64,000 nt of DNA from Squalus acanthias (lineage: Eukaryota), in the NCBI GenBank assembly GCA_030390025.1, contig CM059432.1, forward strand, positions 11,470,001-11,534,000. The letters run 5' to 3'. Made by a program: the position numbers and the translations under genes. The notes below the pieces were generated by a model that saw only the letters and a program-made list of their open reading frames with translations, had not been told where the DNA came from and searched no databases. Shown piece after piece: positions 1-11,922 of this stretch (position 1 is the stretch's first letter; the number at the start of each line of letters is the position of its first letter).

Positions 1-454
1 ACTCACAGAGAATGTTGAAGCAATCCCAGAACATTACACGTGAAACGATACCATGATTCAGCAGTGCTACAGGCAGAGTCTTTCTCATGAGTGAAATAAA
101 CCCAGTAATGCGGTGTTATTAGTGCAGTGTATCGTTACAGAAAAGATGGTTCAAGCAAGTTAAGTAATGAATATTTTTTTTTGGCCAGGTTAAGACTCTC
201 ACATCCTTTTGGAAATTATTTCCATGGGCCCCATAACATTTGTAGCTAAGAGGGTGAGCTCAAGAACTTTTTTCTTTAATTTGTTCTTGGATGTGGGAAA
301 CTCTGCATTTATTGCCCATCCCTAGTTGCTCTGAGAAGGTGAAAGTGAGCCTTTTCCTTGAACCGCTGCCGTCCTTGTGCTGATGGTGCCCCCGTAGGAA
401 ATTCCAGGATAGTGACCCAGTGATGAGGAAGGAATGGCGATATATGCTTAGAGG

Positions 455-1661
455 CGCAGGGCAAGGCTAGAATACTCAATGAGTACTTTGTATCGGTGTT
501 TACTAAGGAGGTGATGCTGACAAAATATCGGGAGAAGTGGAAAAGGTAGAAGCAATGGAAGGGGTGAAAATTGATAGACAGGATGTACTAGAAAAGCTGA
601 GTATGCTTAGAGTGGACAAGTCGCCTGGTCCAGATGGCTTGCATCCCAGGTTGCTAAGGGAATTGGGGGAAGAGATAGCGGGTGGGCTTGCCATAATTTT
701 CCAATCTTCCCTAGATGCGGGGGAGGTGCCTGAGGATTGGAAAGTGGCAAATGTGACACCATTGTTCAAGAAAGGGTGTACAGACAATCCTTGTAACTAC
801 AGGCCGGTCAGTTTAACATCAGTGGTGGGTAAAGTTTTAGAAACAATAATCAAGGAAAACATTAACGGGCACTTGGAAAGGTTTAAGCTAATTAAGCAGA
901 GCCAACACGGATTTGTAAAAGGCAGATCGTGTTTGACTAATCTAATTGAATTTTTGATGAAATAACAGAGAGGATTGATGAAGGGAATGCAATGGATGTT
1001 GTCTACATGGATTTTTGGAAGGCGTTTGACAAAGTACCACATAGAAGGCTGGTTAACAAAATTGAGACTCATGGAATAGGTGGGTCAGTGGCAGCTTGGA
1101 TAAGGAATTGGCTTAAGGGCAGAAAAAATGAGTTGTGGTAAATGGCTGTTTTTCAGACTGGGGGATGATAGAAAGTGGTGTTCCCCAAGGGTCAGTGCTG
1201 GGGACACTGCTTTTTTGATATATATAAATGACCTGAATATTGGAATACAGAGTAGAATTTCTAAATTTGCCGATGACACCAAACTTGAGGGTGTGGCAAA
1301 CAGTGATGATGATACCAATCGACTGCAATAGGACATAGAAAGGCTAGCAGATGGAATTTAATACAGAGAAGTGTGAGGTGATGCATTTTGGTAGAAGGAA
1401 CAGGGAGAGGCAATATACACTTAATGGCACAGTTTTAAAGAGTGTGCAGGGACAGAGGGACCTGGGAGTTAATGTGCATAGGTCCCTGAAGGTGGCAGGA
1501 CATATTGAGAGAGTGGTTAACAAAGCATATGGGATCTTGGGCTTCATAAATAGAGGTATTGAGTACAAAAGTAGAGAAGTTATGCTGAACCTTTATAAAG
1601 CGCTGGTTAGACCACAACTGGAGTATTGCGTCCAGTTCTGGTCACCACACTTTAGGAAGGC
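455..1661 (+). mobile_element. CR1 LINE ORF2 fragment (RT), degenerate, 3' end cut by a SINE
   Basis: KSPGPDGLHPRLL, NYRPVSLTSVVGK, QHGFVKGRSCLTNL, KFADDTKL, LVRPQLEYCVQFWSP; frameshifts. Confidence 0.9.
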
Positions 1662-1664
1662 CTG

Positions 1665-2035
1665 CAATACTTGAGCACATAATCCAGGCTGATACTCCAG
1701 TGCAGTGCTGAGGGACTGCTGCACTGTCGGAGGTGCCGTCTTCCGAAGGAGGCGTTAATCCGAGTCCTTGTCTGCTCTCTCAGGTGGATGCAAGAGATCC
1801 CATGGCACTATTTTGAAGAAGAGCAGGGGAGTTCTCCCCAGTGTCCTGGCCAATATTTATCCCTCAGCAAACAACACTAAAGCAGATGATCTGGTCATTA
1901 TCTCATTGCTGTTCGTGGGAGCTTGCTGTGTGCAAATTGGCTGCCGCGTTTCCTACACTACAACAGCGATTGTACTTCATTGGCTGTAATGCGCTTTGGG
2001 TCATGAAAGGTGCTATATGAATGCAAGTTCTTTCT
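1665..2035 (+). mobile_element. Deu-domain SINE (SacSINE1/AmnSINE-like), 5'-truncated
   Basis: ctgtcggaggtgccgtc...gatcccatggcact...gtgtcctggccaat core and gaaaggtgctata..atgcaagt tail, repeated many times in the window. Confidence 0.75.
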
Positions 2036-2074
2036 ACTAGTTAAGCCGTTCATGTTCTCCCATTCACATTTCAG

Positions 2075-2299
2075 CAAATATTGATCCTACCAGAAGAAAC
2101 CTATACCTTCAGGTTTTGGGTGGTAAAGCTTTCCTGGAGCATTTGCAGGAACCACAACCTTTACCAGGACAAGTGTGCTCTACGTTTACGCTCTTCTTAC
2201 ATTTCCGAAACCAGCGTTTCCGCTCCAAGCCTGTGCCGTGTGCCTGCGAGCCCGATCTGCAGGATGGATTTCTGCTGGAAGTTCACAAAGACAGTTTAG
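2075..2299 (+). CDS. CEP76: CEP76 coding exon, first in window (probably exon 4 by analogy to human)
   Basis: tttcag|CA AAT ATT GAT... encodes (T)NIDPTRRNLYLQVLGGKAFLEHLQEPQPLPGQVCSTFTLFLHFRNQRFRSKPVPCACEPDLQDGFLLEVHKDSL; ends TTA G|gtgagg; 225 nt; recognisable CEP76 sequence. Confidence 0.95.
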   Translation, partial: QILILPEETYTFRFWVVKLSWSICRNHNLYQDKCALRLRSSYISETSVSAPSLCRVPASPICRMDFCWKFTKTV

Positions 2300-2847
2300 G
2301 TGAGGAACGGTGAAGGTAACTTCAGGTTTGTTTGTAAAATCAATCCATCGGGTACATCTTAAAAGGGATAACTGGCTTCCCTCAATGGCTTAGGTGGTAA
2401 GAGCATGGCCCTGTGGTGACATACTGACCATCCCAGGTTCAATGCAGAATCTCTGCTGAGTCAGGTGGTATCAACTGGGGTAGTAGATGGGCTCTAGAAA
2501 TGGCCTTAGTCGCCTGAGCTAGCCATGGGGAAAATGTGTCAGGGTTGCTGTTCTCAATCACGATACTGGAGGACTGCAGCTACCTGGTGAGCCTTAGCCC
2601 CAATAAGAGTCAGTGCCTTCTGAGAGAAGGGTGAATTTGGAGGGGAAGAGAGAAATGCAGTAACAAATGTGCTTTTCCTACATCTGCCAGAGATTATGTT
2701 GCTTCACAAAGTAGGGAACTGTAGTGTGTTAGCTTAGGAGCTGCAAGGAATAATGAGTGGTTTAGGACACGTTGACAAAGGGGGTTAGGAAAGTTTGCCT
2801 GTGAGGCTGCTTTCTAGTGCAATCTGTTAGAAGAATTAGAGAAATGT

Positions 2848-3235
2848 ATCTCATTGAAACATACAAAATTCTTACAGGGCTTGACAGGGTCGATGCAGGG
2901 AGGATGTTTCCCCTGGCTGGGGAGTCTAGAACCAGGGGTCACAGTCTCAGAATAAGGGGTCAGGCCATTTAGGACTGAGATGAGGAGAAATTTCTTCACT
3001 CAGAGGGTGGTGAATCTTTGGAATTCTCTACCCCAGAGGGCTGTGGAGGCTCAGTCGTTGAGTATATTCAAGACAGAGATCGATAGATTTTTGAATATTA
3101 AGGGAATCAAGGGATATGGGGATAGTTCAGGAAAGTGGAGATAAGGTAGAAGATCAGCCATGATCTTATTGAATGGCGGAGCTGGCTCGAGGGGCCAAAT
3201 GGCCTACTCCTGCTCCTATTTCTTATGTTCTTATG
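2848..3235 (+). mobile_element. CR1 LINE 3' end
   Basis: ORF2 C-terminus (TEMRRNFFTQRVVNLWNSLP), 3'UTR atggcgga...ggcctactcctgctcct and (ttcttatg)n tail. Confidence 0.88.
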
Positions 3236-3649
3236 ATACGGAGCGCAACACACCACTGGGGGCTGGGGAACAGCAAGGTTACAGGAAATTATATTTGAAC
3301 TGTGGTGAAGAGGGAGTTATTGGAAGGGGATCAGCTTTGTTGTTGCAGTATTTATGAACAATTATAATCCGTTAGTTGTGCAGCAGCGTTCTTTGTCATG
3401 AGAGAACTCTGAATACCTTTTCTAAAAGTATCCTTTTTCTAAAAAGAAACACATTACTGACGGAGGGGGGAGTGAAGTAGGATGCACCAACCAAAAGAAA
3501 GTTACATCACTATTAAAAACACTGCCTCCTTTTTAGATTCTCATGAGAAACAGTTTTAAAATAGGGAGTCCACAATAACCCATGCACACACTGCCCCCTA
3601 CATACAGAACTCCATTATAATATAAATGCACTAATGGTATTCTGATATT

Positions 3650-4467
3650 GGATCCAGTGACCATCGCTGGGAGTTTCCTTGGGGGTTTTCTCCCACTCCG
3701 CCGCCATAACTTTGTAAATCCCATTTATGCACGAAAACAGGGTTTCCACTAAACTTCCCGCAATCTCTGTGGCGAGAAGTTTGCATTTTTCGACGTTCAA
3801 GTGATTTCAGCGCTCTGTAGTGGAAATCCCTTGTGCGTGCTGTTGTGACGTCAACCAGCTGTCTAAGCAGCCAATCCCAATGCAGAATTCTCACAGGCCG
3901 CAAACCAGGAAATGAGAACCTGCTTTTACCCCCATTTTTAAAAAATGTTACCGAGAGCAAAATAAAGATTGGGACTCTCTCATGGGGATAAAGTAGAAGC
4001 TGAAATATCACGAACAAACTTTTTTTTAAAAATTGTAATTTTTATAAAATGAAGGAATTTGACTCGCCACAAATATAGAAATATGTCTTTTGGGGCCAGA
4101 ACATTTGTTTTGCAGTCTATACCCTGTTAAAACCCTAGTTATTCCAATTCCAACAAGGCTTAACAAGTAATTGGGTATTTAACAGCGATATTACTGTGGA
4201 AAAGCCTAAGTTTTCGTCAGTTCCACTGATTGCTGGCTATGGCCCCGTGTGAGAGTTCCAATCTTTATTTCGCTCTCAGTAACATTTTTTAAAAGTGGGG
4301 ATAAAAGCAGGTTCTCATTTCCTATGGCTGGGGGGTGGCGGGGTATTCCACAGTGGAGCCAGAGTCGGAGCAGTGAATGAATCACCGCAACTTCAGGATT
4401 TAGCGCATGCGCATCTGAACGTCAGTTTCAGAGGGGTAATGACGGCGACCACTGGTAGTTCTGGGCC
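3650..4467. mobile_element. Degenerate MITE-like element related to those at 35.8, 40.3 and 45.3 kb
   Basis: Right end ttctgggcc, ATT on both flanks, internal gcgcatgcgca motif; left TIR degraded. Confidence 0.45.
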
Positions 4468-4676
4468 ATTAGATATTATAAGCGCAGGAGAACTCTGTTA
4501 AGCAGCAGGTTTCTTTGACAGATTGTAAAGGTTGTCTACTTTCTCCTTAGTCACAAAATGGAGCTTTCTCCAATTATCATTTAGGGTGTCGTATTAACAT
4601 ATTCTGGCTCCTGAAGAACTTGGTCTGCAGGCCACGTGACCTGACTTTTCTTTTCTTCCTGGTTGATCATATCTAG

Positions 4677-4862
4677 GTGATGGCAGTAAGATGGCTGATG
4701 CAACGACTTTATTATCAATCTGTGATCCTGTGCACATGGTTCTTATAAAGACCGATACCTCTGGTGAAACAACACTAATGGCATCGCACTACTTGGAATG
4801 GCGGCCTCTGCTAAGTTCACCAGATGGAAAAATGAACATGTCTGTAGAGCTATTGGGTGTAG
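4677..4862 (+). CDS. CEP76: CEP76 coding exon
   Basis: atctag|GT GAT GGC: GDGSKMADATTLLSICDPVHMVLIKTDTSGETTLMASHYLEWRPLLSSPDGKMNMSVELLGV, G|gtaag; 186 nt; phase matches the previous exon. Confidence 0.95.
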
Positions 4863-4982
4863 GTAAGAATTCCATTATATTATCTTGATTAAATATTTTA
4901 ATTTGGAGGTTAGTTGATTATTTTGTCAGTGACTGAATGGAGAAATTGCTATTAGAAGCACAATCTGTCCTGCTCTTTCGCT

Positions 4983-5868
4983 CCTATGAGGAGAGATTGA
5001 GTGGATTGGGCTTATACTCTCTGGAGTTGAGAAGAATGAGAGGTGATCTCATTGAAACATACAAGATTCTGAAGGGGATTGACAGGGTAGATGCTGAGAG
5101 GTTGTTTCTCCTGGCAGGAGAGTCTAGAACTAGGGGGCATAGTCTCAGGATAAGGAGTCGGCCATTTAAGACTGAGATGGATAGATTTTTGGACTGGGTG
5201 GGGGGGAAATCAAGGGATATGGAGATCGGGCGGGAAAGTAGAGTTAAGGTCGAAGGTTAGCCGTGATCTTATTGAATGGCGGAGCAGGCTCGAGGGGCCG
5301 TATGGCCAACCCTGCTCTTAATTCTTATGTTCTTTAACATAAGAAATAGGAGCAGGAGTAGACCAATCGGCCCCTCGAACCTGCTCCGCCATTCAATGAG
5401 ATCATGGCTGATCTGATCCAACCTCAACTCTAAAGAACACAAGAAGTAGGAGCAGGACCAGGCCACTTGGCCCCTGGGCCCGCTCCGCCACCCACAGGGC
5501 CTTGACCGATCCGAACTCAAACTCATGTCCAGTTTCCAGCCCGCTCCCCGTAACCCCTGATTCCCTTTACTTCTAGGAAACGGTCTATTTCTGTTTTAAA
5601 TTTATTTAATGAAGTAGCTTCCACAGCTTCCTGGGGTAGCAAATTCCACAGACCCACTACCCTCTGAGTGAAAAAGTTTCTCCTCATCTCAGTTTTGAAA
5701 GAGCAGCTCCTTATTCTAAGATTATGTCCCCTAGTTCTAGTTTCACCCATCATTGGGAACATCCTCACCGCGTCCACCCGATCAAGCCCCTTCACAATCT
5801 TATATGTTTCAATAAGATCGCCTCTCATTCTTCTGAACTCCAATGAGTAGAGTCCCAATCTACTCAAC
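4983..5868. mobile_element. Cluster of three CR1 3' ends (+ 4983-5331, - 5336-5430, - 5432-5868)
   Basis: YEERLSGLGLYSLELRRMRGDLIETYKI on +, LGLYSLEFRRMRGDLIETYKI on -; tails abut tail-to-tail. Confidence 0.88.
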
Positions 5869-6354
5869 AGTAGTAGCAGCTTCTGCATTGTCAATGTTGC
5901 TTGCTCTACTTTGGCACACATCCAACTTACTATACTTGCAGCCTGTAAATGCTGTACATGGAATCTAACAGTACCAGATTTTGATGTGTACTTAGTTGAT
6001 TCAACAGAAGAGAGATCTGGTATAAATTCCCACATTCTGATCCTCTGTGTAAACTACTGGAATATAGCTAATCATTATCTTTTTACGGTTTTCATTTATC
6101 AATACCTCATTTGTTTTTGCAGTGTGTCCACTGGCATATATTCCATCTTGCTTGGGCTATAATAGCTGATATGGTACTAGTCAAAAAAAAGTTAATCCCA
6201 GCAAACTTTGCCTATGTTTTCTTTCAGGTTTCGCACTATGTATATCCCAATAGCCTAAATACCTGTTTTCTTCTCGGAGATTTGGACTCATGTAAACTCT
6301 CAATTTACTTGTGCAATTATATGAATTTAGCACCATCTAGCTATTAATATTTAA

Positions 6355-6770
6355 AGAAAGAAGGAACTTGTATTCATATAATGACTTTCATGTCCTCCGA
6401 ACATCTCAAAGCACTTTATAGCCAATTAATTACTTTTTGAAGCGTGGTCACTGTTCACTGTTTTGTAGGGAGACGTGGCAGCCAATTTACACACAGCAAG
6501 GTCCCACAAAGGGCAATGAGATGAATGACCAGTTCATTTTTTTTTCCTCTTTAGAAAATGGCTATGGGATCTCTTACATCCACTTTAGAGGGCAGATGGG
6601 GCCTCAGTTCAATGTCTCGTTTGAAAGACAGCACCTCTCAACAATGCAGCACCTCCTCAGTGGTGCACTGATTATGTTAGCCTTGTTAATGTGCTCAAGT
6701 CTTGGAGTGAGGCTTGAATCCATGACCTACTGGCTCTGCTGCGAGCATGCTACCACTGAGCCAAGGCTTT
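6355..6770 (-). mobile_element. Old Deu-domain SINE
   Basis: Reverse-complement similarity to the 20868-21310 copy. Confidence 0.65.
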
Positions 6771-7462
6771 GATTGGAATGATAATGTATTCTGAAACTGC
6801 CACCACATGCGTCTCTTGCGAGCCAACTTCCTTGTTCTTCATATGAATAATGTTCTGTAGAAAATACATTTCTTCTTGTCCTCCAGTTTTATCTTTTCCT
6901 CTTTGTGTTTCCCTGAGCAATTATGATTGTATGAGTTGAGGGTACTCTTCTTCCAGACTTCCGTCCACTATACTGCAAGTTTAGTGATGGTGCAAAGCGG
7001 TTTTGGCATTGTATCACTGCAAAGTTGTATCTTAACCCTAAGTCTGGGTCTGACCGGAAAGAAGTAGTAAGTGTAACTCAAAGTGTAGCGTCAAACCAAG
7101 TTCGAGTGCGATTAAGATTTTGCTTTGTGTGCAGGCATACTGGAGCACTGATGAGCTGCGTGACTTGCTGCATTTCCATTACTGCCATTATAAACCTGAT
7201 CAATGTTGGTGTTCACATTAAAACTTTCAGAAATGCAGATTTCAAGTTTTTGAATTCTGAACCTGTAATTAAATGTGAACCGATGCAAACCTGCAGTAAC
7301 AGTTCGAGTGCCTCTGCATTGATTTGATGTTAACAGAGCTGCCACAGGCTGTAATCAATTGAACTATTGAGACAAATGTCAGCAAATCAATGTAAATGTG
7401 GCTTTGGATGATTTAGTAATTTAGCACGTACTGGACTAGCTTCCTTTGCATTATAAATGCCT

Positions 7463-7880
7463 TTTTATTCCCTAGAGTTTAGAAGAATGAGAGGTGATCT
7501 CATTGAAACATCTAAAATTCTTACAGTGCTTGACAGGGTAGATGCTGGGAGGATGTTTTTCCACTGCCTGGGGAGTCTAGAACCAGGGGGTCACAGTCTC
7601 AGAATAAGGAGTCAGCCATTTAGGACTGAGATGAGGAGAAATTTCTTCACTCAGAGGGTGGTGAACCTTTAGAATTCTCCACCCCAGAGGGCTGTGGATG
7701 CTCAGTCGTTGAGTAGATTCAAGACCGAGATCGATAGATTTTTAGATACTAAGGGAATCGAGGGATATGGGGATAGGGCGGGAAGATGGAGTTAAGGGAG
7801 AAGATCAGCCATGATCTTATTGAATGGCGGAGCAGGTTCGATGGGCTGAATGGCCAACTCCTGCTCCTGTTTCTTATGTA
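7463..7880 (+). mobile_element. CR1 LINE 3' end
   Basis: YSLEFRRMRGDLIETSKIL...RRNFFTQRVVNL plus CR1 3'UTR. Confidence 0.87.
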
Positions 7881-8518
7881 CACATCTCACGCAGCACTCG
7901 TATTTTCAGAAAAAATTGTCAGGTCTATATGGGACTAATTGGGTCGCTCTTTCAAAGAGCCGGCACAGGCACGGTGGGCTGAATGGCCTCCTTCTGTGTG
8001 CTGTACGATTCTGTGATCTCTTGTGTTAGAATTTTGTCCTTAGTTCGATGTCATTGAGGACAAGTGTATCCTGCTTAGTTTCCTCCCGTACAGTAAATCA
8101 TTTTACTTGTCAGGAGAAAAAAAAAAATCTTTTGAATACGCTTTTTACTTCCTATCTGTCCTTTTGTTGGATTATTGTTGGGGTGAATCTGCAATGACCC
8201 CTATTTGAAATTTACACTGAAAAGAGAAAAGTTTCAGGGTAAGGTGTGAAGTAAAAATTGCGAAGCTTGTTTATCCATACTTCACAGGTGTATCAAACCT
8301 ACTGGTTTCTGTTGATTGTAAAACAGCATCCCCGCGTTTCTGAAGGGTTCTCGAAACGTCTAAAGCTGTGCTTTTAATTATAGATGCTGGCTAACCGACT
8401 GTGTAGTTTCTGTTTTTATTGCATACTTTATGGATTTAAAGTCTCATTAGAACAGGGACTATGGCTTCGAATGCACTTGTCATGAAACCTTTACTCAAAC
8501 AAATTCTTTCACTTTCAG

Positions 8519-8616
8519 GCACAGAGTCTAAAATTCCTGTTGGAGTTTTAAATATAAAGCTTGAAATGTATCCCCGTCTGAGGCAGACACTAGGCCAGGA
8601 GATAGTAAATACTCAG
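8519..8616 (+). CDS. CEP76: CEP76 coding exon
   Basis: tttcag|GC ACA GAG: GTESKIPVGVLNIKLEMYPRLRQTLGQEIVNTQ|gtac; 98 nt; too short for the ORF track, read manually. Confidence 0.93.
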
Positions 8617-9264
8617 GTACTGTATCTGCTATAATCTATCTTGGGTGCAATTTCCTCCTTTTGTAATGGATTGGGAGGGAGCAAGGAATTCTACTCGTCT
8701 TGAGCGAGACCATTTTCAGGTGGCATATACGAGATATTCTGATCGTTCACAGGCCGCCACATGTGTTCCCTCGCCTTTCCAGAAGGTGGCGTCAATAGCT
8801 CTCTGGTGACCTCGGCTGATTGTAAACCACAAACTGGTTTATTTTTCATGAGATATATGAATGAAGAGAATGCAATTTTCCAGTGAGTTACACCTGTATC
8901 TTATCACTCCTCATACCATAAAACAGCAAAATGTGCCACTCTGTTTCTATTATAAACTCCCAAGTCAGTGATCCCTGAATTAACTGGCAATAACCTTTTC
9001 TCTTACAGGCTATACGGGTTCATGCCTTAGCTTGGAATATATCAGTCTCCTCATTGACTGGAGAGCGAGACTCTCTGCGTTTCTCATTGCCTTAGACTAC
9101 CTTCTCCGTTGAGAGATAGAGAAACAAAAGGCTGACTTTGACATCTCCCTCACCTCTATGACCAGGACTGTCTGCTGAGCAGCCACTCAGAGTTACCACG
9201 TTGAATGGAACCCCCTTCCTTTTGGGGTGGAAGGTTGTGGCACCAGTATTGTCCATTAAGTAAA

Positions 9265-9610
9265 CATTCACTCCCTCCACCACTGATGTACCGTGGCTGC
9301 AGTGCGTACTATCTACAGGATGCATAGCAGCAACTCGCCAAGGCTTCTTTCGCAGCACCTCCCAAACTGTGACCTCCACCGCCTAGAAGGGCAAGGGCGC
9401 AGCAGGTGCATGGGAACACCACCACCTCCAAGTTCCCTTCCAGGTCGCACACCATCCTGACCTGGACATATGTCGCCGTTCCTTCATGGTTGCTGGGTGA
9501 AGATACTGGAACTCCCTACCTAACAACATTGTGGGTGCACCTTCACCATACCGACTGTAACCCACCACCACCACCTTCAGGACAGCAAGGGATGGGCAAA
9601 AATGCCGGCT
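9265..9610 (+). mobile_element. 3' fragment of a non-LTR retrotransposon (same family as 27500-28082)
   Basis: NIHSLHH...VAAVRTIYRMHSSNSPRLL-like coding remnant and gggatgggca..aaatgc tail; other copies near 281-445, 9890-10030, 28262-28562, 48875-49130, 58888-59150. Confidence 0.65.
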
Positions 9611-10576
9611 TATTTGGCCTGAGTGATTTTGGTTTTATTTATGCCTTATCATCGATATAAAGTCAGGTTCAGCTTGTATCGATGATTTGGCGTAAATTAA
9701 ACCAAAATCACTTCCAGGCCAAATAAATAAAATTCCCAAAATGTGACCTAACTTCCTCCCTCAGAAATGGTCCCTTGCCTGTGACTCTGGTTCATCGGTG
9801 GCTGTGCTCATTTGCCCCACCACCTAGCTGAAGCAGCACACCTGATGAGCAGCTTGCTGTGCCCTCTGCCGGGTGACTTCACATGTCCTTCCTAGCAGCA
9901 CTATGGCAGTACCTTCACCACACGGACTGCAGCGGTTTAGGATGGCAGCTCACCACCGCCTTCTCGAGGGCAATTAGGGATGGGCAATAAATGCTGGCCT
10001 TGCCAGCGATGCCCACATCCCATGAACAATTTTTTTTTTAAATGACTTCATGCATCTTTCCCTTCAGCAGGAAAGACACAAAGCAACCTCGTGTGTTCCA
10101 CACATGTGGAACTTGCAATACAGGCATGCCCCTCCTGCCCTTGGTGCCTCTGATGTCTTATTCCAACCACTGTTCCATATATGGTGTTTTTTTTAAATTG
10201 TTGACGGTATTCATTACCTGGAGTGGTAGTAAACTGGTAGTAAAACTTCGATAGTCTTAACTTTTAATAATGTTCTCCCAGAAGACTAGCTCAGCGAGCG
10301 CCGGTGGGAGGTAGATATCCGAAATGCATTAGGTGACCAAGCAAGCTTGTTAACTTGGAAGTACGTTAGGCAGGTGAAAAAGAAATGGCTTAGTTGTGGG
10401 GCATGTACCTCCGAACACTATCTAGTTGCTTGAGTCAGACAAGCAGCACTGATAACGAGTTCTAATTTCTGTCATGTGTGATTCAATCATCTTTATGTCC
10501 CTGGACTAGGGAGAGGGGGAACAATATCAGCCAGGATTCCCTCTCCTGATCACTATCGATAGAAAATTTTTTAAAT

Positions 10577-10965
10577 TTTAAAATTCTCATCCTTGTTTTC
10601 AAATCCCTCCATGGCCTCACCCCTCCTTATCTCTGTAACCTCCTCCAGCCCTATAATCCCCCGAGGCCTCTGCGCTCCGCCTATTCTGGCCTTTTGAACA
10701 TCCCTGATTTTAAATGCTCTACCATTGGTGGCCGTGCCTTCAGCTGCCTAGGTCCTAAGCTCTGGAATTCCCTCCGTAAATCTCTCCGCCTCTCCACTTC
10801 TCTTTCCTCCTTTAAGACGCTCCTTAAAACCTACCTCTTCGACCAAGCTTTCGGTCACCTGCCCTAACATCTCCTTATTTAGCTCGGTGTCAATTTTTTT
10901 TTTATAACACTCCTGTGAAGTGCCTCGGGTTGTTTTATTACGTTAAAGGCGCTATAAGTTGTTGT
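10577..10965 (+). mobile_element. L2 LINE 3' end
   Basis: KILILVFKSLHGLTPPYLCNLLQPYNPPRPLRS...GGRAFSCLGPKLWNSL...FKTLLKTYLF and gtgaag..cc..ggg...aaaggcgctata tail. Confidence 0.8.
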
Positions 10966-11290
10966 GTGCGGACATCATGAGAAGACGAAATGGAGCTCTG
11001 CTATGATTAACCCCCTCTCACCCACCCTGTAGTTAAATTACCTGCTAACACTTTTTCTAGGCTAACCCATGAGGCTTAACCATTTGGACAAGGAACTGTC
11101 AATGGTCTTGAAGCTCTACTACAGCATGAGTCATTGCCTTCAGAAAAGGGAAGAAAACTGGCACAATAAAAAAAAAACCCCAAAGAATTCCCTGTCTGTG
11201 GGGAAGCACCGACACCCTGACTGTACTGTCAGATTTAAAACCTGCCGTAAGGGAAATGGCAATGGTGACACCCACCCCTTATCATTGTGT

Positions 11291-11690
11291 CCATGATGTG
11301 GAGATGCCGGTGTTGGACTGGGGTGGACAAATGTGAGAAGTCGCACAACACCAGGTTATAGTCCAACAGCTTTATTTGAAATCACAAGCTTTCGGAGCGC
11401 TGCTCCTTCGTCAGGTGAAGTGAAGAGATGCATATAGGCACAGCATATATAGTCAGACCTGTTTGGACACCATCCACACCTTTGATTGCCGTGATTATCT
11501 CTCTGCCGAGGTGTGATAAAGGGCAGCTAGAAAGATTAACTGTAATCATCTGGCAGTGTTCTCTGACTATATATGCTGTGCCTATATGCATCTCTTCACT
11601 TCACCTGACGAAGGAGCAGCGCTCCGAAAGCTTGTGATTTCAAATAAAGCTGTTGGACTATAACCTGGTGTTGTACGACTTCTCACATTG
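11291..11690 (-). mobile_element. Penelope-like pLTR mini-element with inverted repeat, 10-bp TSD
   Basis: TSD ATCATTGTGT at 11281-11290 and 11691-11700; inverted arms 11330-11457 and 11562-11689; homologous to the 3' end of the Penelope element at 47.8-47.9 kb. Confidence 0.85.
11601..11637 (+). ncRNA. Minimal type I hammerhead ribozyme motif (mirror copy at 11382-11418 on -)
   Basis: TCAC-CTGACGA-A-GGAGC-agc-GCTCC-GAAA-GCTT-GTGA: catalytic core boxes, 5-bp stem II, palindromic AGCT stem III, TCAC/GTGA stem I. Confidence 0.75.
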
Positions 11691-11793
11691 ATCATTGTGT
11701 GGCATAGTACCAGTGCCCTGTGTGAGGATTTGTTCAACTGTGGTGTCCATAAATTCATTTAATTTTTCATTTTTAACCACTTCAAATTTGCAG

Positions 11794-11922
11794 CTTGCTT
11801 TAGAACATCAAAAGACTGCAGAAAAGGAGCGCTTATACCTCATATATGCCAAGCAGTGGTGGAGAGAGTATCTTCAGATTAGACCTTCACATAACACCAG
11901 ACTTGTGAAAATCTTTGCACAG
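11794..11922 (+). CDS. CEP76: CEP76 coding exon
   Basis: ttgcag|LALEHQKTAEKERLYLIYAKQWWREYLQIRPSHNTRLVKIFAQ|gtttgt; 129 nt. Confidence 0.95.

Noticed and set aside
7020..7450. Possible conserved non-coding element or extra exon
   Set aside because: Unique sequence, but no motif, splice or homology evidence visible without alignments
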